Source of the DNA: Octopus sinensis
Lineage: Eukaryota
Direction: 5' to 3'
Length of the DNA: 64,000 bases
Assembly (NCBI RefSeq): GCF_006345805.1
Contig: NC_042999.1
Span: 12,772,001-12,836,000, forward strand
A model generated the notes under the pieces. That model ran no database searches and was not told the DNA's origin. It worked only from the letters and a program-made list of their open reading frames with translations. The position numbers and the translations under genes were made by a program. Shown here in pieces: positions 49,093 through 62,998 of this stretch; within the stretch, counting starts at the first letter, position 1, and each line of letters begins with the position of its first letter.

Positions 49093-52000
49093 GAAATTCT
49101 ACAAAAATATAGATATCAAAAATCATTGCAAAAGCAGAACACATGGAGTAATAAATTGGTTGGAAGGAAAAGAAAAAGGCCAAATAAAGAATCCTTAAGG
49201 GAGAAAAGAACAATATATTATTTTTAAAAAAACTTTAAAATACTACACACAGTTGTAGAAAAAAAATTACCAAAGGTAACTTTATATATAACTACAGGCA
49301 TTTTACTTGATTCTAAATAATTAAGTTGGTGAAAGCATTTTCAATGCTTCAAAGATTAAAAACATGAAACATGTAGTGAAAGGAAAATAATTTTTTTTAT
49401 TGTAGTGAAAGGAAAATGCTATTAACATCATTGTGACCTCTACAAGTGCATTCTACTAGTAACTTGCCAAAGGCTTGGCAATCAAATAATAAAATAGACA
49501 TACAAAAGTTTGTTTGTTGGAGCATAATAATTATCTTCATCATAAATATTTTTGTTTTTATCATAAGAAAGACAAGAGGCTCAGAGAAACTTCTAGGCTA
49601 AAATCAGTGAACTCCCCCCTTCAACTCTTTCACAACAAAATAAGGAAACCTTTGAACTACAGCAACAAATTGTTTACGTTATTAACCCCTTTCATTTCCA
49701 TATTTCTGCCTTTGTTTTAATTAATTTTGAAAATAATGAAGAATTTAGCAATATGTTCTTGTTTTGTCAGTCTTTGGAACATGAATTAAGAAATTTTCAA
49801 AGGTTTTAATCTCGATAATTTAAAACAGGATGTATGTATCGTAGAGCCAGAGGTGATCTGAGATGGATTGGCATCTCAGTTAATAATGCTTGTAGTCCCA
49901 GTTTAACTTGTTGAGACAGTTAACTTGATTGATTTGAGGGAAATAATCAGAAGTTATAGCCGAGAATATGCCAAGGGAATCCAAAGACCTAACTTTAAAG
50001 TTGCAACACTTTCATTAAATGGAAACTTTATTCTTTTTCTGTAGACACATGATCAATTATCATGATAATTTATGATCAATTATCATGGGTACATAAAACA
50101 GTGAAAATTAAAACAATGATTTACATATTCATTCATAACATATTTTGGTAGATTTTAATATATGTTAGTGACTCTTGTATCTCAGCTTTGGAGAACAACT
50201 CTTTTCAAATGATGTGATGACAATATACTTGATTCAGTAATATAAAGACAGGTGTTCTTGGCATTATTGCTTTAGTATCAATTTATTATATTCATTAATT
50301 TATATATTTTTTATCTACAGGGATGAAAAAGCAAATTTAATTTTCATCAAATTTGAACTCAGAAGTGAAAATAGCTAAATTACTCAAAAGTCTTTTGGGT
50401 CTGGTTCTTAACGACCTCTGCTAATTCACTTCTAAGACAATGTGACTCATCACAATCAGTGTGTATGCATCGAAACCAATGTTATAACAAAGATGATTAC
50501 ATTAGATGACAATATTCTTCTCTTATAAAAATTAAAGAATTTATAAATGAAGGGAGTAATTGTAGAAGCTTTACAGAAACAGGGGAACCCCTCCAAATAA
50601 AAACGACAACAAAAAAGAGCTAAAAATATTCATTCTTATCAAGCAATGAACAATGATTCCAGATATTTCTACAATGTGAAGAGGTTTACTAAGATGCTAC
50701 AGTAGAATAGATAGTTATGGTGGAGAATTAAGTTGTTCATAGATTGCACAGAGAAAGAAACATTTGCAGTTTGTCGATGAAGAGTCTCGACATTCTCATC
50801 AGATCTCTATCAGTTTGTGAAGAGAGAGAGAGAGCAGTTTGTGTTTGTTCATCTACAGAAATGGACTTTGACAGAAAAGTCCTTGTCATTCTAAACTAAG
50901 TGAATTACACACATACATAACTAGTCCCATACCATCTTCAAACTAGATATTGTGCTCAATAACAGGCAAGGCTGCTCGCAATATATAGTGCAAGGAGCTA
51001 CTTCAGAAAAGAAGAGGACAAATAAGAATGCAACAGCTAAGATTTAAAAACATTTTCACGTACTAACAATACGTTTTCGCAGGATGAACCAGATCATTGC
51101 TGAAAATAAAAGTTGAAAGTAGGTTCTTATCAGTGTTTGATTACTGAAATTAGTAAACAAATTTATAATTTAAAAATAATAAGCTGTTCACAGCTTATTA
51201 GGTTCTTAATACTCCAACATTTCATCAATCACAAGTTACAGCTTTATTTCACTAAAAGTCACTAAGATGTAGGTAATCCCACTTGTGATCCCTCAAAAGA
51301 TTACAGCTATTACAAGGGAGATAATTTTGTTATAATCTGAAGTAGGATTAGAAACTGAAATTAAAGAAAGTTACGGAAAACAATGCATAGAATTCACATA
51401 TTTAATATTTTTGGTTTATTTGATATGAAGTTCTTAAATTTTCTTGGCATTCATGTATAGCATTATTTCATTATTTTTAGAAATCATCAGTATAACATAA
51501 CCTACCACAGTCATGGCTTAGGCCACTTCTGTCTGAAACTTATCTACATATTATAAGATGTTTATATTATCAATATCAATATTTTTTCACTTATTTAAAA
51601 TTGATGACCACTTTGAATCAGTTTAGCTTAAAATATTTAAAATCATACAAGGAAGAAAACTGGAAAAAAAAAGATTATAATAAATTAGAAATATTAAAAA
51701 GGCATTTTAGGAGGCAAGCTAGGAGAACCTGTTTGCATAAGCAACTAAATAACTGCATATCTAGTGATCCGAACTACAGTCATGTGAAAGGTAACTACTG
51801 TATTATAAAAAAGGAAAACCATGATGGGATGGAACTACTTGTTGGGAGACAACAGAAGATGCAATCAAGTTTTAGATTTTTTTTAATCATTATCCTTATT
51901 TCAACATCTGTTTTTCCATGCTTGCATGGGTCAAGCAGAATTTGTTGAGGCAGATTTTCTACAGCTGGATGCCTTTCCTGACACCAAGCCACACATGTTT

Positions 52001-54349
52001 CTAAGCACCTTGGCCAGAAATGTTTTGCATAGGAAACTTGTAAAAAACAATATTGTTAGTATGACAGTAATTCTCATTTGATGTCAAGACAATAATACAA
52101 ACAGGCACACAACACACAAACAGGCTTCTTTTAGTTTTCACCTAAATCCAGTCACAAGGTTTTGTCCAACTGGGGCTACAGTAAAAGCCACTTGCTCAAG
52201 GTGCCATGAAGTGGGAATGAATACAGAACCAAGTGGTTGGGAAGCAAGCTTCTTAACTACACAGCCACACTTGCACAGAAAGAAATTAGAATGTAATTTA
52301 GAATTATTGAAACTATTCAAGTTGAATGGCAGGAACGTTGTGTGCTAATTGATAACATCATGTGTTAATTAACGACATGATGATAAAAAAAAATTGCCTT
52401 GAGACACTGAAAATGTAGCAAATAAAGTGAAGAAGTTTTCTTGAAAGATAATGCAGCAGGGGGTTTGGGGGAGGGAGGGGGGGAGGAAGATGCAACAATG
52501 AGAATTGGGTGCAGTAAATGGAATAATTATGCCAAGGATTGGACACAGCTCAAGAACACCTTAGAATACTTGGATAGTAGATAAAAGAGGACATTGAAAG
52601 AGAGAGAGAGAGAGAGTGTGTGTGTGCAGAAGCATGTGAGTGAGCAAGTGTAAATGACATGAAACAGTGTCACTGCCTCCTATTTTGCTAATATGAAAAC
52701 TTTTGAAAGCAATGAGTTGGTAGAATTATTAGAGAGTCAGACAAAATGTCTAGCAGTATTTCTTCAGATCCTTCCTGAGTTTGAATTCTGCTGGGGCTGA
52801 CTTTCTTTGCTTTCATCTTGCTGGGGGTTGCCAAAACAAAGCATTGACCATTGACAGGGAGCAGCGTAATCGACTAACTGTCATCCTTCAATAAATTGCT
52901 GTCCTTGGGCTTCAATTAGGAACAGTATTAGACAAAGACTTGAAGAACAGCTTAGACTAACTAAACTGAGAGTAAAGTCTAAAATTATATTTGGTTAAAC
53001 TAAACTAAATAACTGAGTATTTATAGTCTAAAATTAAGTTCTGTTGCCATGGTAGAAACCCTGTAACATTTTTTTTTGATCAATAGACACAAAAAAATCA
53101 TCATCATCGTTTAACATCCGCTTTCCATGCTAGCATGGGTTGGACGGTTCGACTGGGGTCTGGGAAGCCAGAAAGCTGCACCAGGCCCAGTCTGATCTGG
53201 CAGTGTTTCTACAGCTGGATGCCCTTCCTAACGCCAACCACTCCGTGAGTATAGTGGGTGCTTTTTTTCTAATTGAATTTAGTGTCTATCTTCTTATGAC
53301 TACCAATACCAAAATCAGTTATTTTGGTTCTTGATGTAGAAACATTAAAGAAATTGGTTTTATTTCTGCAAATCAAAATAGCATGAACCTAGTAAGGAAG
53401 TCTAGTAATAGAAAGAGTAGATAAATTTACTGTAATTTACTGAAACTGACATTTCATTATCGAGCTTGTTAATTCCAGAATTGGTTAGAATACATTATTT
53501 CTTTAGTTTACAAACAGTTGTCAAAATACAATCTATTATTTATTGTTTGTTTGCTTTTGTTGTTGTCCAATAGTGACCTAATGTAGTTCCTCTTTTCAGA
53601 TCCTAAGATTCAAGGTCTTGACAGTTAAGCAACACTAAAATTAAATACACAAACTCATAAAACACGAGCTACATGAGCAGACAGGAAAAGAAACAGGCTG
53701 TTACATTTTATACACTGGCAACAAACATGTCAACAGTGTACACCAGTCCAAACCAAGAAGAAGAAAAAAAGGTAAAGCATTAGCTACAAGGAGACACCAT
53801 TAACATCTGCTTGACTTTACCAGCAACATACTAATGGTTGTGTCAAATATGGGAGATTCTTTTGTCTCAGCATGAACAACCTAATAACTGTAAATTGAAG
53901 AAAAGCAGAATCCTCATCGTTTCACATCTGTTTTTCCATGCTGGCATGGGTTGGATGGTTCAACAGATGCCCAGGCTGCAGTCTGTTTTGCCATGCTTTC
54001 TACAGCTGGATGCTCTTTCTAATGTCAACTACTTTACAGAATGGACTGGGTGCTTTTTATATGGCACCAGCACCGATAGGGTAACCGAGTACCTTGCAAA
54101 ACAAAACAGGCAAAAACCCCACAACTGGGAGTGGGGAGTAGTGTTGAGGGGACGGTGGCGTTATGCTAGTTGAGAAATTAAAGGTATAGAAGGAAGATGC
54201 AAGATGTTTTGTAGTTAAGGGAATGTTATGTTCTTGTTTGAGGACAAAGAGGGAGACGCAAGAAATTGCTTTTGCTTTTTTACAAAAGGGAATGTTATGT
54301 CTTCATTTAAGGTTACAACAATTTAAGTGCTAAATTAGAAGTTTCTTAC

Positions 54350-54415
54350 CAGCATGTACTTCCCCATTATTATTGTAAGGAGAATTATCTTGAATGGACA
54401 ATGCAGGCCACAAAT
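54350..54415 (-). CDS. DENND5: Putative DENND5 exon in the RUN1 insert (LWPALSIQDNSPYNNNGEVHA)
   Basis: ctttctttgtgtag acceptor, G|gtaaga donor, 66 nt, phase 1-1, open frame; no homology support. Confidence 0.6.
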
Positions 54416-56124
54416 CTACACAAAGAAAGAAGACATTCCTACAAATCTCAGAATTTGTGAAGTCACAAACAATTGTTTTCTGGATCAGTTGTTGAAATTT
54501 GTGGAATAAACCTCCTGCTGTTACAGGAAAGTAAATTCCATCTCCAAGAACATTTACTAGCAGAATAAATGATCCTCAGAGAATAGTTACTTAAATATGT
54601 ACTTTATTGAGCCACTTTGATTTTTCATGAACTTTCACCCAGTGATTCCGTTAATTATCTTGCTAATTAATTGGTTTGTATCACCAGAATAGACTAAAGC
54701 AATCTAGTTAACCATCTAACATTCTCAAGATGGTTTATATCTTTCAAAATGCTCTCATTTTTAGTTTGCATTTGTTCTTTCTCAATTACAATGGATGATC
54801 CAGACTTGAATGAAATAATAGACATTTAGTATGTAAAAGTAAAACTTACACCCACAAACATCACACAGAAAGACATAAAACATTTATTTCTCTACGGAAG
54901 ATGTGAAAATTGATATGGATTGTTTCTCTGTTAATTATGAATTATCTTCACTCATTTTCAGAATGAGATTTACAGTAATTTTATACCTTTAAAAGTAATT
55001 CCAGCCCTTAATCATAACATAGCTATCGAAATAAAGACAGAAACTGTAAGAAACATTATCCATCTACTGATCTACAGAAAAACATTCAATGGGATTATCC
55101 AACATTTTACCCATTTATAAATAAAGCACTGAATAGAATGGTGACTTAGTTATCACCTAAAATGTTTGTCTCAGAAAGGGTAAGTTGTTCTAAATAAATA
55201 AGGAAGAAGGAAAAACATCTTAATTAAAATATAGTAAAAGGTGATCTGCCTACCATTGAGTGTGTATATTAAAGAAAACAAAAAATTAAATCAGAAATAA
55301 TAAAAAGGGATTAATACGACATATAGCCATTGTTTAATGAATTTGTCATGTGACAGTCTTTGATTGATGAAGATAAATTTCAATTGATAACAATCTTTGA
55401 TCATTAGTAATTTCATATTAACTGTTGATGTCAATAAAGATGGTTGTCTAGTTGAAGGGTGTGAATTGGTTACAGTTTCATACAGCTTGTGTTGAGGTTG
55501 CTATTGTATAAGAAGAGTCTGAGAGTAAAAGATCAGAAGTAAACAACATCACTTGTATGACAGGGGATGCTCATTCACAATCCTCGTGTGATGTCAAGAC
55601 AATGGTACATACAAACACACCGACACACACACAGCTACATGATGGCCTTCTTTCAGTTTCTGTCTACTATCCAGTCACAAAGCTTTAGTCAGCTCTAGTA
55701 AGAGACACTTGCTCAAAGTGTTGTACAATAGGACTGAACCTGAAGCTATATGGTTGGGAAGCACATATCCATGCCTGTACCTTCAAGTAATAATTATTTA
55801 ATAAGAAACCAAAGGGAATATCTTGCCCACTTCATGGATTAAGGAAACATTTTGTTCTGTGATAAAGTTTTAATACAGATGAAAGATTAAGTATATGTCT
55901 TCAGTTAACTAACTCAAGCAGATATTTTATAAAACAAAAACTGCTAAATAAAAATAATAAGATTGGTACTTGGATTCCATGATAAATAATGTTCAATTTT
56001 CAAAGTTTATAATTTGCAGAAAAAGACTCTGTGAGACCTTTGACAACAGACTGCTGCCCGCTCTCACATAATTAATCAGAGCAGACAAGACCAAGTGCTC
56101 CGCGAAGTAAAACAATAACAACTG

Positions 56125-56425
56125 TAATAATAATATTGAAGGATTTCAGACAAAAATCATGCCTTCTCATCGATATGACTATCCTAATCAATATCAATGT
56201 ATCTGTTAAGACCTACGAAAAATTGAGCAAATATAAAGACTGAAATGGAATATAAATCTTGACATAGAAATTGGCAAACTGTGGAATCTCAAGACTAAAA
56301 CAATACCTGTTGTCATAGGTATCCTAGGAATGATAGCAAAAGGGGCTGTTTGTCACCCACCTCAGATATAAGGAAACCCCAAAATGGAAGACATTTTTAC
56401 AAAATAGCACTCATGGGAACTGAAA
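56125..56425 (+). mobile_element. R4/Dong-like RLE retrotransposon, 3' fragment
   Basis: KSCLLIDMTI...VKTYEKLSKYKD...LWNLKTKTIPVVIG.LG; preceded by TAA repeats. Confidence 0.75.
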
Positions 56426-56724
56426 ACTATTGTCTATTTAATTCCAAAAACATTTTAATCTGTAAACATTTATCAAAAGTCCTTTTAAATGCACATAATA
56501 GCTCACACCTTTTACTGTTATCATAAGATCACACTATCATTTTATCAAGTTACTCTAGAAGAATACTCTGTGCAAAACCAAAAATATGGCACCCTAGTTA
56601 TAATACCAACTTGAACTTCTAACTTGTCTCCTGAGGTCTCTGGGTGAAACTTGCAGTCCATTTGTATAAATACAAAGCAAAAGCCAAACATGTGATAATT
56701 AATAATAATAATAATAATAATAAT

Positions 56725-57310
56725 GAGTTGTGGCAACACAACCAGGTAGTGAAAGTACTACATTGGAGACTGTGCAAAAAGTTGGGGCTAGAGAGAGGCA
56801 AGAATGAGCACAAACCACAGAGAGTGGCAGAGTTGGAGACTAGCAAAATCCTCTGGCATTTCCCAATCCAAACAGATCAGGTGCTAAAGTATAACAGACC
56901 GGAACTAGTAGAGGTGGTGGACAAAGTGCACCACATATGCTATGTAGTTGATGTTAGTTGCCCCTTTGACCCATGAATAGTCAAGAAGGAAGGCGAAAAG
57001 ACAGATAGATACAACCCTCTTTAGTACAAAATAGCCCAGCTATGGAAAATGAAGAATGTGAAGATACTGCCAATTATTGTTGAGTCCTTGGGAACAATAT
57101 CAGAAGGCACCAAGAAGAATATAAAGGAAATTGGAATAGAGTGCCCAGTAGAACTGTTACAAAAGGTTTGTCTCCTTGGCATGGCCAGAATAATCAGAAA
57201 AGTAATAGATAGTTGAAAAGAATGAATAGCATGGTACCATAGCTTGCAGGTAGTAAACCTGCCACACATGCAAGACTCCAAGAGTTTCAACAAAACCTAT
57301 GGTAAAGAGA
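56725..57310 (+). mobile_element. R4/Dong-like RLE retrotransposon, 3' fragment in (AAT)n
   Basis: QHNQVVKVLHW.LC...ILWHFPIQTD...NRPE...VVDVSCPFD...KTDRY..L...LW...PIIV.SLG; AAT repeats on both sides. Confidence 0.85.
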
Positions 57311-58759
57311 AAATAATAATAATAAACATAAAATAATGAAAAGAAATTTTGTTTTGTCGACACATCAATATTTTAATAAAAATATTGACAGTAAAATCTG
57401 TATTTCTGTGGAGAAATAAAAATGTTAATGATAATTAGCAATGAATAGGTCAGTTAGTGAGAATTGCAATTTCAAAAAATAAATAAATAAAATATATTAA
57501 ATTGAAATATTTATAAATGCTTAAAAGCTAACGACATCAATTTGTAAATCAGTTTTTACAACAAATAGTTTCTGAAAAGCTGGTAAAATATATAATGATG
57601 GATTGCATAGAATATACTGAAGAAGGAAAACAATTTTAAAAATAAACAAGAAAACTTTCCTGAAAACAAGTAAACAAAATTAATTTCTAATTTTATTCAT
57701 TTAAAAAAAAACAAAATCTATTCTGGGAAAAGTAATAAAATTAAAACATTCCAATATTAGCAAACCAAACATAAATGAACATCAATAATTCTAAAGATAT
57801 TCCTTGGACACAAATGGTTCGTTTAATGGCAATGATGCCTCATTTTCTCTCATTATCTTAGACTAATAACCATTAAGTAGAGTTTATATTCAACAAGCAA
57901 TTCTACATCTAAGCATTCTTTGGAATGGAATGACAGCTAATGAAACATTAAAAGCTCAGCATTGATTTACAATGTTGTTGTAATAGTTCTATACATTAGT
58001 GGAATAAATAAACTGCTTCAGTCATCTCTTTTGTTTGAACCAAAATAGTTAAATTAGAATTTTAAAATGTAAACAAAAAGTTCTTACCTTATTTTGTTTA
58101 CTTTAAATTCAAAATCCTTTTAAAACAAACTAGAAACAATAATGAATTAAACCTATTAAAGTTCTTATTCAGTTTCACATGGAAGAATGAGTTCACATTG
58201 ATCCAAGCAGACAAATTCACTTTAGACATGCTAAAAGATTGTCTATGAAATATTCTACTGAATCTTCAGTGTACAGGAATCCTTTTTGTACTTCTCTTAT
58301 CATCACTATCTAATTGCTCTTTTTAGCTCCATTCTCATTACTTCCAGCCACTATGTGAGTAGCCGTGTATCTTCCTTACAACAAGAAACCTGTTCTCTTC
58401 AGGACTTTTTCTTTCACATCAAAAGCTTCCCTCCTCTCTGCTCTAACTCAATTCAGTCAAAGGGGATCTTAGTCTTCCAAGCAACTTCCAAGCAACTTTG
58501 CAAGTTCACTAGTGCTGGTGCTATGTAAAAAAAGGCACCCATTACACTCTGGGTGAGCCATAGAAACCATGCTAAAGACGATATTGGTGAATGGTGTGAT
58601 CTTTGGACTTGTAGGATTATATTTCAACACATGCAAATATGGAAGATGGTCATTTAATGTTGATGATGATGATGATGATGACTGTACGTGGGAATTTACT
58701 CTTTCCATGATCAAACACTAAAGTTTTGCCATTTAACATAATTCTCTGCCAAAAGGAAT

Positions 58760-59160
58760 ATTACTAAATAACAAACTAACAGAAGAGTCTGCTCAAAATA
58801 GTAGTCAAATTCCCCTCAGAATTACACTTTACCATCTTGAAATTGAAAGAACACACTGGATGATGTAGTCTAGATATACCATGCCTGAGGGAAATACAGG
58901 GGTGGTCATGACTAGAATACCTTCAATCAGATGCAATCAGGACTAACTTTAGACTAAATTACAACGAGCAATGAATGAGGCCGCTGTATGGCCACTATGT
59001 CTGCTAGAAATAAAAACCAAATCCTCCTCAAAGTATTGTTATTGTCTTCAAAGATAAAAATGGACAGACACACAGGATAATGTAGTCGTCGATACACTAT
59101 GCCTGAAAACAAAACCTTCTCAATATGAACTGACCTGGGGTTAAACAACAACAACAACTA
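58760..59160 (+). mobile_element. Two-unit SINE-like repeat with (AAC)n tail
   Basis: Two related units (ctgct..aaata..caaat..cctca...ggat.atgtagtc..gata.ac.atgcctga) ending ctgacctggggttaaacaacaacaac; a related inverted copy lies at about 11600-11780. Confidence 0.55.
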
Positions 59161-59162
59161 AA

Positions 59163-60258
59163 TAATCATCATCATCGTTTAACGCCCACTTTCCATGCCA
59201 GCATGGGTTGAACGATTTGACTGAGGGCTGGCGAGCCAGATGGCTGCACCAGGCTCCAATCTTGATCTGGTAGAGTTTCTACAGCTGGATGCCCTTCCTA
59301 ACGCCAACCACTCCGAGAGTGTAGTGGGTACATTTTACGTGCCACCGGCCGGGGGCCAGTCAGGCGGCACTGGCAATGACCTCGCTTGAATCTTTTTACA
59401 TGTGCCAGTGAAGTGACGTTGGTAACGATCACGCTCAAATGGTGCCCTTTTATGTGCCACGTGTACGGAAGCCAGTTAGCTGCTCTGGCAACGATCACGC
59501 TCGGATGGTGCTCTTGGCACCCCGCTAGCATGGATGCCAGTCATCGAATTGATTTTGATTTCACTTGCCTCAACAGGTCTTCACAAAAGAAGGAAAGCTA
59601 CGCATAAGCGGGCTGGTTACGCTCCTGGCATAGGCCACAGGTTATGGTCTCATTTGGCTTGCCAGGTCTTCTCGAGCACAGCATATTTCCAAAGGTCTTG
59701 GTCATTAGTCATTTCTTTGGTGAGGCCTAATGTTCAAAGGTCGTGCTTCACCACTTCCTCCCAGGTCTTCCTGGGTCTACCTCTTCCACAGGTTCCCTCA
59801 ACCGCTAGGGTGTGGCACTTTTTCAGGCAGCTATCCTCATCCATTCTTGCCACATGACCATACCAGCATAGTCGTCTCTCTTGCACACCACATCTAATGC
59901 TTCTTAGGTCCAACATTTCTTTCAAGGTACTTACACTCTGTCGAGCATGCACACTGACATTACACATCCATCAGATCATACTGGCTTCATTCCTTGCGAG
60001 CTTACGCATGTCCTCAGCAGTCACAGCCCATGTTTCACTGCCATGTAGCATGGCTGTTTGTACACATGCGCCATACAGTCTAGCTTTTACTCTGAGCGAG
60101 AGGCCTTTTGTCACCAGCAGAGGTAAGAGCTCTCTGAACTTTGCCCAAGCTATTCTTATTCTAGCAGTTATACTTTCAGCACACCCTCCCCCACTACTGA
60201 CTTGGTCACCTAGGTAACGGAAACTATTCAACTACTTCTAGTTTTTCTCCCTGGAATG
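59163..60258 (-). mobile_element. 5'-truncated RTE LINE, well preserved
   Basis: ORFs 59971..60231 and 59734..59967 (FRYLGDQVSSGGGC, RIAWAKFRELLPLL, GRGRPRKTW) plus family tail. Confidence 0.92.
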
Positions 60259-60722
60259 AGGTGGAAGTTGGTCTCTGAAATAATATGTTTCCTAATATCC
60301 CTTTCTTCAAAGCCCTTGGCAATGTTGGGGTGGTAGGCGTGGAATTTCAATTTGTAAAAAAGGGTAAACATTCCAGAAAGAATGAAAATAAAGGGCAAAT
60401 AATATTGAGTAAATCCAATGACAGTGAATCACGTGAACAGAGATGAGAATAAATAAGAGCAGATCAGCAGTTGCAAACAGTGATGCGTCTCAACACTAAT
60501 GAAACCATAGCTGAGGTTCATTGAACCACACAACCATAGCTGAGGCTCAGAATAAAATATGTGGAAAAAAAAAACCCTTGAACTAAATCTGTAAAAATAA
60601 AAACAAAAGCAACAAAGATCAGAAAAGTTGAAAATAAACAAAAGAGACAAAACAAACGAGGAAAGAGGCAAAAAAAAGGAATAATTAAACTAATAAGTCG
60701 AAGCAATGTTATTCGTTTAGAC

Positions 60723-61071
60723 CAGTGGTTCTCAACTAGAGTCCATATGGCCCCTGAGGGTCCATATAAGATTGTTTGGGTGTCCATGCAACAACATAGT
60801 AAATTGGGGATCCACAACAGTATCTTAAGGGCTCCTGAAAAAATTTTGCTTTAGATGTATGTACTGCAAGAAACAGCTGGGTTTCTTTCTCTAATATTTC
60901 ACAGAGTTTAACCTACACAAGTTAATGTGTGGAAAACAATAGAGGGATTTTGAAAGAAGTGTCTATAAAACTAGCTTTTAAACATTGAATGGCTATGTTG
61001 GGGGAGGGGTTCCACCAGAATAAAATAGTAATCAAAGGAGTCCATAGATAAAAAATGGTTGAGAACCCCTG
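60723..61071. mobile_element. hAT (Charlie-like) MITE, 349 bp
   Basis: TIRs cagtggttctcaac / gttgagaacccctg; perfect 8-bp TSD GTTTAGAC at 60715-60722 and 61072-61079. Confidence 0.92.
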
Positions 61072-62998
61072 GTTTAGACTAAAAATAGAAATAATCTCCT
61101 ATTATATATATAAAAAGAATTGAGTCTGTTTAGTTGATATCTGCAAACAAATAAAGAATATTAAACAAAAATATCACCAGATATTTTATAAAATAATCTG
61201 GAAGGGATATAAACATCACACAGATCCTGGTGTTTATTTCCAAACTTCTTAAGCATCAGGCCATGCCCACACCCTCTCTTCTGTCATAGAATATTGTCTC
61301 CCAGCAATATAATCAAACATTTCTGTTATAGAAATCTACCAGAATAATCTTAACCTTCTGCATTGTCTTTTCTTTATCCTTCCACAGTCAACATCTCCTA
61401 AGTGGAATCATTGTTGTGGCCAGTGCTGGTGACACATGAGAGGCACCTGCACCAGTGAAATGTGAGAGACACCCGTACCAGTGACACACGAGAGGTACCC
61501 ATGCTGATGACACATAAAAGGTACCTGTGCCAGTGACTCATAGAAGGTACCAAGCTGGAGACATGTAAAAGGCACTCGTGCTGGTGATGTAAAAGACAGC
61601 CAGTCCAACATGGTGTGGTTGCCATTAGGAAGGGTGTCCAGCCATAGAAACCAAGTCAAAACAGAGACTGGAGCCTGGTGCAGCTCTCTAGCTCCAGTCA
61701 AGCAGTTTTGCCCTTGCCAGAATGGAAAATGAATGTTAACTGATGATAGTGAACCATATTAATAATAGTCAAAGGGAATATCAAACTGGGGTAAGCTTAT
61801 TTCAACTCCACAGAGTTAGAAACACAACCTAAGGAGAATAAAAACAAAAACAAAACCACCCTAAATAAATGTTAAAAGGAATACAAATCTTTGCTGTTGC
61901 CTAAAATTATATTAATGGGGCGGCAGTGAAACAGAAATATTCTCCTTGTCCTTAATCTATCTGTTATTCTGTTACATTTAATCAGAAAACTTTAAGAACA
62001 CTATCAAATGAACTGGCTGAATATTTCATTAATTTCATAGATCTGTGAGTGATCTCAACTTCAGCTATTTTCTCATATTCCAAGGTTTTACAACACAATA
62101 TCACTACAGTTTGTTTTTGTAGTGATTTATCATTACCCATTGTTGCTAACTTAAAAGGAATTTGATAGAATCTTTGTTGTGATTATCTACAGCTGTGGAT
62201 ATTGATTAAAAGATAAATGAAAAAACAAAAAACACGTGATAAAACTGTTATGCATAATATACATTTTAAGTAAAACTAAAAAAAACATTAGATAAAAAAA
62301 ATAAATGAAATTCAAATTAACAAAGTGCATGCTTAATAACAATAGCAATAACAACCACAATCATAATTTTATAACCTAAATATTATAAGGAAAAACCCAA
62401 GAAATGTAAAATGAAAAAGAAACAAATATACATATGTGAAACAAATAAGAAAAAATGAAAGTATAGCAATGAGACAATGATATAAGCAAAAGTTGGGAGA
62501 GAGAGTGAAGTGCAGGAGAGAGGGGAAACAGATGGAGGGATGTAGTAAAAGCAGTGGTGAAGTAGGAAGGAGGTAGGTTGGAATTAGTAGGAGAGAGAAA
62601 ATCGGTTGGACAATGTGGCGAAGGTATTGATTGTGATAACTGGGGGACTGGCAAATGTATATAGTCTGGGGAGAAAGCAGTAATAGATAAAATAATAAGG
62701 AAATTGAAAATAATTAACAAGTAATAGTTGATAGAAAAAAAAAACACACGCACAGATAACAATGTAAATGGTTATATGTATCACCATGACAACTAGCAGG
62801 CAAGCTTAAGTTAGGCAGCAAACATGCAGAAATGTTGGTGTTGATAGGTTAACTTGAAAGCAACTCAGAACAGAAAAACACCCAGATGTGGCGCCTCTGT
62901 TGAAGAGCAAAGGTTAAAAAAAGGAGAAAATGGTGATATCTGAAGAGACATTTATGTATGTTATATATCAGATGTATAAGACACAACGGAACACTTAC

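Noticed and set aside
50730-50890. Minus-strand open stretch MTRTFLSKSISVDEQ... as a DENND5 exon
   Set aside because: Phase 1 entry hits an immediate TGA, and there is no donor before the stop.
56050-56110. GC-rich patch as an internal DENND5 promoter or first exon
   Set aside because: ATG is followed at once by TGA, and there is no donor or core-promoter arrangement.
62780-62940. Additional DENND5 exon behind a strong polypyrimidine tract
   Set aside because: All frames stop before a credible donor; only a weak gtgttt 15-nt option exists.
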